The notes under the pieces were generated by a model. The model made no database searches. It was not told the DNA's origin and saw nothing but the letters and a program-made list of their open reading frames with translations. The position numbers and the translations under genes are program-made. A stretch of 63,332 nucleotides of DNA, counting the filler, from Chrysochromulina tobinii (taxonomy: Eukaryota), in the NCBI GenBank assembly GCA_001275005.1. It is 4 parts of 4 records of this genome, joined end to end, with 100 filler letters (N's around TTAATTAATTAA, not from the genome) between each part and the next. Parts side by side here need not be neighbours in the genome. Positions count along the whole stretch, not along the records: positions 39,474 to 58,759 come from JWZX01001256.1; positions 58,860 to 63,332 come from JWZX01001259.1; 2 more parts are not named here. The stretch is one strand, 5' to 3'. This document shows positions 55,453 through 63,332 of the stretch, piece by piece; within the stretch, counting starts at the first letter, position 1, and every line of letters starts with the position of its first letter.

Positions 55453-58254
55453 ATGCCGCGCCCTGCGGTGGCGTCGGCTAGGACGCCGTTTGACGACGAC
55501 GAAGACGTTGCCTTTCCGCACGAGGACGAGGCAGCGTATACGAGTGCCGAGGTGCTCCCGACCACGGACGAGCTGCTCGAGCTCTCCGGCGAGGACACAC
55601 TCGACCAGATCCGCGAGGTGGTGCTGCGCGAGCGCGGCCTGCGCGAGGTGGGCAGCCTGCTGCGGCAGCTGCCGCGGCTCGAGGTGCTCTCGCTCTCGAA
55701 CAACTGCTTGCACTCGCTCGTGGGCTGGCCGCCGCTCCCGGAGCTCACCGTGCTCAACCTCAACTTCAACCGGCTGTCGTCGCTCGAGCCGCTCACGGTG
55801 TGCACGCGGCTGACGAAGCTGTACGCCGCGTCGAATCGAGTGGGCGCGATCGGCTCGCTCGCCGCATGCACCGAGCTGCGATGCCTCTCGCTCTTCCGCA
55901 ACCGCATCAGCTCCCTCGACGCTGCCGTCAACGCGCTCGCCGCGCTGCCTCATCTGACCGAGCTCGATCTCGGAGCCAACCCGTGCGCCCTCGGCCCGGC
56001 GTACCGGCACCGGCTGGTGGCGGCGCTGCCCGCGCTGAGCAGCCTGGACGGCGACACGCTCACCGAGCTCGACTACGAGATCGCCGTCGGATTCCTCGAG
56101 GAGGGGTCGCCGGCGGACGCCCAACACGGCGCTCACCCCGAGCACGGAGACGCCCAACACGGCGCGCGCGGCGAGCAGAGCGGCGGCAGCGGCGGCAGCG
56201 ACGAACGCTCCCGTGCGCCCACGCTCCGCGCGGGTGGCGAAGGCGGCAGCGTCGCGAGCAGCAGCAGCGGCAGCCTCGGCGGCGGTCTTACCGGTAGCCG
56301 ACGAGGCGCCGCAGACGTTCTCGTCCTTGATGATAGTGGTTACGGAGCGCCGTCGCGGTACGGAGCGCCGTCGCGCGCGCAGCCGCCCTTCGTGCCGGGC
56401 GGCGATGGTGGTTTCGACAGGGCGCTGGGCGGGGCGCTGGGCGGAGCCCATGGCCAGCGTCTCGATAGCGATGAGGAGGAGGACGACGACGACGATCGCG
56501 GACGCGGCGCAGGCGGGCCCATGGACGCGGTGGCATCGGCGATGGCGGCGGCGGCGGCGGCGGCCGATGCGGCTGAGTGGCAAATGGACGGCGGCGCTGG
56601 TGGCGGCCTCGCAGCCGAGGAGGGAGGCATGGGAGGCATGGAGGAAAGCTACGCTGCGCAGCGGCCAACCTCAGCGGCCGTCCGCCCCAGCACCTCCTCT
56701 CGTCTTCACACCGCCTCTCGTCTTCACACCGCCTTCGGCTCACACCCGGCTACCGGCTTACCGGTCAGACCTCACGGAGCGTTGAACGCCTCCGCCCCCC
56801 GCCCCGGCACCGCCTCCGCCAGGCCCGGCACGGCCACAACGCTCGCCACAACGCGCCTCGAGTCGGCGTATACGCGCTTAGGCACCGCCTCCGGGGCTCG
56901 CCCTGGCACCGCCGCCAACAGCCGCCCTGGCACCGCCGCCAACGGCCGCCCTGGCACCGCCACAGGCGGCGGAGGCGGCGGCGGCGGCGGCGGGGAGCGT
57001 CTGCCGATGGCTTCCGGCTCAGTGCGCGAGGCCTCTCTCTTCCGAGACCCCTTTTTGAACACCAACCCCATTCTACTCGAGTACCTCTCCCAAGCCGAGA
57101 TAGAGAAGCATGCGGAGGGGGCCGGCAGCAGCCGCGGCAGCAGTCGCGGAGGCAGCCGTGGCGGCGACGGGCACGGCGACGGCCTGAGCGACGGCTACCG
57201 AGAGGAGGGAGTAGGCGAGAACGGCTCGGCCCTCGGGGCCGCCTACGTCCCCAAGGGCGCTTGCCTCTCTCTACCTGATGGCACAGCCGCAGGGGTCATC
57301 AGCCTGCGGCGTCCGATGGTGGAACGACTCCGACTGACTGCCATCACGATGGAACGAAATCAGGAGGTGAGCCTCGAGAGGCCCTCTGATGACGACTGAT
57401 GACCTCTGATTGCCTCCAATCAACTCTGATGACCTCTGATGACCTCTAATTGCCTCTGATTGCCTCCAAGTGACTCTGATGACCTCTGATGACCTCTAAT
57501 TGCCTCATGATGGCCTCCCCCATTAGGTGAGCATCGACACCCTCGCCGCCTCGGCGCTCTTCGACGGGCAAGAGGCCGAATGTGGCGACGCGGCGACAAC
57601 TGAACTGCGCCGGCTGCTCATCGCGCTCCAGGTGCGTGCCCCTGATTCCATCTCATTCATTCCCATCTCATTCCCATCTCATCGCCATCTCATCGCCATC
57701 TCATTACGAACGAATGGCTCCTCCTCCCTAATTACGAACGAATGGCTCCTCCTCCCTAATTACGAACGAATGGCTCCTCCTCCCTAATTACGAACGAATG
57801 GCTCCTCCTCCCTAATTACGAACGAATGGCTCCTCCTCCCTAATTAGGACGTGACCTCGGAGCGAGACCAAGCCCGCAAGGAGCTCGACACGGCGCGCGA
57901 GGCGGCGCACGCGCGCGCCGTCGTCCTGAGCGCCTCGGACGCCGACGGCGCGCCCAACACGGCGCTCGACCCCCTCGGTGCGGCAGAGGAACTCGCGGCG
58001 CTTCGGAAGGAGAATGCGGTGAGCTTCTGATGACCTCTGATCACCACTGATCGCCTCTGATGGCCTCTGATCACCTCTGATCGCCTCTGATCACCTCTGA
58101 TGGCCTCCCTCATCAGGAGCTGCGCAAGGAGAACGCGAATATGTTCACGCTCATGGAGGAGAATGACGCGCTGCGCAATGAGACGCAGACGCTCCGGCTG
58201 CGCCTCGAGTGCCTCGAGCAACTCGCGACGAGCATCCAGGAGGACTGCCCATGA
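55453..58254 (+). CDS. SDS22-like LRR protein with LRRcap, RPGTA repeats and C-terminal coiled coil (likely ciliary/centriolar), 4 exons
   Basis: LEVLSLSNN, LTVLNLNFNRL, LDLGANP...YR..LV..LP.L..LDG. Introns 57367-57526, 57632-57847, 58019-58116 keep the frame to TGA 58252-58254. Confidence 0.85.
57703..57847 (+). repeat. Intronic 28-nt tandem repeat x5 (ATTACGAACGAATGGCTCCTCCTCCCTA) ending at the acceptor
   Basis: Period of 28 at 57703, 57731, 57759 and onward. Confidence 0.9.
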
Positions 58255-58396
58255 GCGCCGTGTTGGGCGCCTCGAGCAACTCGCGACGAGCATCCAGGAG
58301 GACTGCCCTTGAGCGCCGTGTTGGGCGCCTCGAGTGCCTCGAGCAACTCGCGACGAGCCTCCAGGAGGACTGCCCATGAGCGCCGTGTTGGGCGCA
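58201..58396 (+). repeat. Triplication of the LRR gene's last codons and stop
   Basis: CGCCTCGAGCAACTCGCGACGAGC.TCCAGGAGGACTGCCC.TGAGCGCCGTGTTGGG x3. Confidence 0.9.
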
Positions 58397-58759
58397 CTTT
58401 AGATCCGCCCATGGGAAAAATCCGAGAGGCTTTATCACTCGTCGTCCGTATGGACTCTGAGCACAGCCAGCATTGCCAGGGCATTGAACGTGCCCTCAGG
58501 CGTGCGCGGCGTGTCCGCGTGAGTCGCGCGAGCAAGCAGAGACGCCTGACGGCCCAACGACCGATGCGATCTCCTGCAAAGATTCTAAATTGAATACATT
58601 TGCATGCCCGGTCGTGATTTTTGGTTTCTCAGTACCGGGAGGTGGCCCCTCGGCATTGTGACTCAGAACCGGGCCCTCAGAGGTGGGGAGGCTCGATACA
58701 ACGCGCTGACCCTCTTCACGCACGCTCGCATTTTATGGCACGCCTCGTCGCGACGATGG

Positions 58760-58859
58760 NNNNNNNNNNNNNNNNNNNNNNNNNNNNNNNNNNNNNNNNN
58801 NNNTTAATTAATTAANNNNNNNNNNNNNNNNNNNNNNNNNNNNNNNNNNNNNNNNNNNN
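58760..58859. other. Artificial contig spacer
   Basis: N44-TTAATTAATTAA-N44. Confidence 0.97.
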
Positions 58860-58889
58860 TGCAGGCCTTGTCTAGGGACGCTTATTAAA

Positions 58890-60870
58890 GAGATCTCTTC
58901 TCTTACACTCTTAGCCCCCGTCTGACATGAAAAACGGAACCCAGTAATACGCGACCACGCCCACCCCACGGGATGATACGTGGGAACTCGATGGCGACCA
59001 ATACTCCTGCATCGCGGCGGACAAGTCGCTGCGACACATTATCATCGACGGTATCACACGCCACGCCCTCGATCGCCTACCGAAACCGACCCAGGAGCGC
59101 TGCGACGCGCGCATCGTCGGTGAAGTGACTCACATGCGGGGACGTCCGGAGGGCGCGGCGCCAGGCGCCCCGCCGCGTCGTAGCGTGACGGCGCCGACCG
59201 CCACCGGCGGAGCTTCGCGATTGCGCTCTAACGACCTCCGCCAACACGGCGTCTATCTGCACGCCGAGCACCTCTGCCGCCTCGCCGAGGCGCTCCGCGT
59301 CGGTGCTCACGTGCGTCGGGGCCGGTCCGGGTGGCGCCGCGTCGTGCTTGGCCATGACGCGAGCCTCAGCCTCCGTCGCGGCGGCGTCTCCTACCGCTCG
59401 TTTCGCTAGGTGTGATTCCAGTCGTTCGCGAGGGGTGGGAGGGGGTACTTCCCCCCCCAAGACGCTGCGCAGGGAGCGCCAGGTCACACCTTCTGGGCCC
59501 CCCTGGCAGCGCAAGGCGGCAGCCGCTGTCGCGCGTCGTACTGCGGCCTGTGCTCCGTGCTCTTCCGCGTGGGCCCCGTACGCCATTTCCCAAAACACAC
59601 CTGTCGTTGGTATTCCCTATTCCGTCCAGAGGTCCATGAACGCCCCGCTCGCCGTGCGGATGTGTTGTGCGGCGGTGCGCCATGGCGGGACCCATTCCGC
59701 TTCGGCCCGTTTGCGCGCCTCCTCCCGCGCCTGAGTCACTTCACGCGAGAGCCGAAGTGCCCTTTGCGTCGCCGAGTCCGTCGTGTCGCGTCGGGCCCGC
59801 GCCGCCGCGATCGCTGCGTCCCGCAGCTCCCTGGTGGCCCCTTGGCGCGCGGTGCTCGTCGCGCCGTCCAAGAGCTGATAGGCTGCCTGCATGCCGAGGA
59901 AGGCGGCGTTGGAGCCCCCTTTATCCGGGTGTAGGCGAAGGGCCGCTAGCAGGTATGCGCGCCGCAATTCGGCACGCACTGGGTCACACTCGTACGCTCC
60001 GCCGCAACCGCCGCGGAGCGACGACTCCCAATCGCGCGGGCGAAATGGAATCGCTTCCAGGTCAACTGGGACTGCCTCACGGGAATCTCGCGGTACGGCC
60101 CGGACCTCCGGGGCCTCGAGATCGTACCACGGGGCACCGCGGACACGACGTCGGCGGAGGAGGCGGAGACGAGCGACGAAGAACGCCAGCTCGCTGCATC
60201 CGAAGAGACAAGGGCGATACGACGCGCGGCACGACTGATCGAAGATGCACGCACCGCCGATCGCGACGCTGCACGAGTCCTCCGCGAAGAAGCGCGACAG
60301 GGTGGGGCGCACACGGCGGCGGACGAGGCAATGCAGCACGAGGATGCCCTCCGCAACGAGTGCGCGATCACAGCTTTCTTCAGTGCATTCCCTAACCCCA
60401 GGGCACTCTCTCACGCACACCCTCACTCCCTACCCGCCGCAACCCGCTCCCGCGAGACGAACGGGCCAGGCGATGCCGACGGCGGCGGCAGGGAGGACGG
60501 GGGCGGAACAGATGCCGCAAGGGCGGCGGGGGCGATGGGGATGAGGTCGGCGCGTCAACGGAAGAGTCCGACAGCGATGGCAAGGGTAAAGGCGGCGATG
60601 GCAAAGGCGGCGGCGGAGCGGGAAGCGAGGGCGGCCAAGACGACTACGGCTGAGGCAGCGGGGATAGCGGCGAAGGCGGCGGCGACGGAGGATGCGGCGA
60701 CGACGGCGACGGCGGTGACGGCGAAGGGGGCGACGGTGACGGAGGCGGGGTCGACGGCGGCAGAGGCGACGGGGACCAGGGTAGCGACGGCCGAGGAGGT
60801 GCTAGCGGAGGCGGGGAGGACAGCGGCGGCGGACGGGTGGGTACGGCCGCGCGATAGCCGCGCGACACTT
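58890..60870 (-). pseudogene. Decayed long ORF with a DnaJ J-domain and Pro-rich N-terminus (pseudogene or TE relic)
   Basis: ELRRAYLLAALRLHPDKGG....F..MQAAYQLL. The same frame continues past in-frame TAG stops at 59619-59617 and 59079-59077. Confidence 0.5.
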
Positions 60871-61508
60871 TAGAACCAGACGACAGTCACGAGGACGGAA
60901 TGACCCGAATGAAACGACAGGAGACCACGTTTGGAGACGAGGACGTTGAAGAGCAGGCTCATGATACCGACGGTGACGCCGTAAGGGACGGAAGCGGAGC
61001 GGATGGCACGAGGGCGAAGAGGCGCGCGACCGGGGACGGAGGCACGACAGACGGCATCAAGCAGCGCGGGGAACGCGGCGGAAGATCGGAGGCGGCCCAC
61101 AGGGCTAAACGGCGCAAGCGAAACGACAAGTACGGAAACGAGGCGACGTGAATTACCGGAGGACTGGCAGCGCTTGCGCAGCCAGGCTGATCCCAACGTG
61201 CTCCACTACGAGAAATACGCGACGCCAACCGACCCTTAGTTTTAAAAAGAATTGCTCGCAGGTTTTCCTCCCCACCTCTCAAAACATTTCAAGGCATGGA
61301 CGGGCCGCGCCTAGCAATAGGTTCCCAGAGCCGAAACGTAACCGGGTAACCGGGGGGTACTCCGTAGTCCGGGGAGAGCAGAGACTGCAGTGTGACGGCT
61401 GTCGGGAGTCTGTGTACGCTCAACAGCCAACCCGTGTTGACTAGCCTCGCGGCCAGACGCGCGGCGCACCGGCGCCGTCCACATCCGCAATGAGCGCCGT
61501 GATGGGCG

Positions 61509-63332
61509 TCAGATCCGCAGTGAGAGCGCCGTGGTGGGCGTCAGGTCCGCAGTGAGCGCCGTGGTGGGCGTCAGGTCCGCAGTGAGCGCCGTGGCGGCAT
61601 CTTCAAACGCGCGGAGCGATGCGACCGCAAGCTCGGGCTGTGCAACGGCTTTGAGTAATGAGAGAGCGACGCGCGCGGTCTGCGTCTCGCCGGGCATCGT
61701 GAGCATCGGCGTACCCGCCCACAGAGCGTCAGTGCCACTCGTGTGCGCGTTGCAGAGCGCCGAGTCGAGCATCAGGTCGCAGTGCTGTGCGCGGCGTAGG
61801 TGCGCCACGTGGCGTACTGTGGGCAGGCCGATGAGCGCGGCGCGCGGCGGCGGCGAGGCATGCGCATGCGCCTCGCGTCTCAGGTGAGCCTCGCCCGCCG
61901 CGGGGAAGCGGAGCAGCCAGAGGCGCGTGCACGGCGCCCGTGCCGCCGCGCGCGAGAGCGCATTGAGCCATGCGAAGTAGAGTGAGGGGTCCAATTTAGG
62001 CAGCTGGTTGAGCGAGCAGAGCAGTACGCAGTGGGGGGGGAGACTGTCCGCCGAGGGCGGCACGCGACTCCGCAGCAGCTCCGCGTGCGACGCCGCGTAG
62101 TCGTTGAGGTAGTACGTGTGGGGAAGCAGCACTAGGCGCTCGGTGAAGCCTAATTTGGCTAGATGCACGGGCACGGCGGCGGTGTCGACATAAGTGTACT
62201 GGATCGCGCCCGGGGCTCCGCATGGGCCCGGATAGCCCATGTATGCCGCCCGCACAGGCGCGGCTGCGAGCCCAAAGAGACCGAACCGTACCTGCGATCA
62301 GATGCAATCAGATGCAATCAGATGCAATCAGATGCAATCAGAGGCAATCAGAGGCAATCAGAGGCAATCAGCGAGCCCAAAGAGACCGAACCGTACCTGC
62401 CACCAGATGCAATCAGATGCGATCAGATGCAATCAGATCACAGATGCGATCAGCGGCCATCAGAGGCAATCAGCGCGCCGGCGTGGCTGTATACGCCCAA
62501 CGCGCAACTCGTTTTGTGTCGGCCGCTGCATTCTAAGGTTGCCCGTTGAGGTTGATGGCGAGGTGGAGGCAATCAGAGGCAATCAGAGGCAGTCAGAGGC
62601 AGTCAGAGGCCATCACCGTCTCGGACGCGGCATTCCAATGGTGCCCGTTGAGGTTGATGGCGAGGTGGAGGCAATCAGAGGCAATCAGAGGCAGTCAGAG
62701 GCAGTCAGAGGCAGTCAGAGGCCATCACCGTCTCGGACGCGGCATTCCAATGGTGCCCGTTGAGGTTGATGGCGAGGTGGAGGCCTTCGCGAGTCATAGC
62801 TTCAATGGCGGCACTGGTAGGCAAGGAGCGAATGCGTGTGAACGAGTCGACTGCGCGGCGAGTCTCGTTAAGGATGGCCGAGCCGTCGTCATCGGACTCG
62901 GCGAAGAGGACCACACGCAGGCGTGATCGGTCGTAGCGCAGGAAAAGCGAGCGCGTGAGTCGGAGCAGATTGTGATCTCGAAAGTACGACGAGACGAACC
63001 CGATCACAAGGCGTGTGAGACGGCCGGTGGCTCCGGTCGGCGCTGACGAAACTTCGGTCGGTGCTGACGAAACTTCGGTCGGAGCTGACGAAACTTCGGT
63101 CGGCGCTGTGCCCGCGGCGGCGACGGCGGCGGCGGCCGTCGAGGTTGCCCGTCGGGGGCGAGGCTGGGTGGGTGCTCGACTCGGCGCCTCCTGCAAGCCC
63201 AGCTTGGCAGCCGTGGCCGCGCGCGACACCGCCAGCAGCTCCGTGGAGGTGAGAGGCGAAGTGAGCGCCCCGACGGGATCAACATTGAGGGTGGGGAGCA
63301 CCTCAGGGTTGCGAATCGCCGAGCGCAGGAAG
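61509..63332 (-). CDS. GT41 O-GlcNAc/O-fucose transferase (OGT/SPINDLY-like) catalytic region; 5' part outside window
   Basis: IGFVSSYFRDH, HLAINLNG, AP+.A.YMGYPG, FTERLVLLPHTY, SLNQLPKLDP, LWLLRFP, DLMLDS..CNAHTSGTDALWAGTPMLT. Intron 62728-62292 restores the frame. Confidence 0.9.

Noticed and set aside
57703..57847. Regular 28-nt repeats (also the 40-nt array at 25704) as a CRISPR array
   Set aside because: Head-to-tail repeats without unique spacers, inside spliceosomal introns, and no cas genes.

Overview
GC-rich eukaryotic nuclear DNA with spliceosomal introns (GT-AG and GC-AG). Gene content and repeat style suggest a haptophyte alga (Chrysochromulina-like); this is inference only. The window is four contigs joined by artificial 100-nt N/TTAATTAATTAA spacers (18011, 39374, 58760), so gene order across the gaps is not meaningful. 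About 27 protein genes or gene fragments are recognisable, including two sulfotransferase-like proteins, PDZ, RING, SAM methyltransferase, PH-TM, TTL-family ligase, ARM, aldo-keto reductase, GAF, Headcase-RRM, DPH7, M10 metallopeptidase, R2R3-MYB, LRR and an OGT/SPY-like glycosyltransferase, plus a long-TIR element. Four observations stand out. (1) A large family of apparently young introns built from a variable-length duplication of the flanking exon, which supplies a splice site, plus a strand-polarised ~10-nt microsatellite filler ending in ...CCTCCCTCATCAG; some are nested and create AG|GT ratchet sites. (2) A multi-exon SLOG/LSDAT + SLATT (+EF-hand) protein resembling bacterial nucleotide-signalling conflict effectors. 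(3) A small spliced gene with CxxU...CxxC, a selenocysteine candidate. (4) A DPH7 whose last WD blade is split by a Cache-like domain. Exon boundaries were inferred by eye from reading-frame continuity and have no transcript support.
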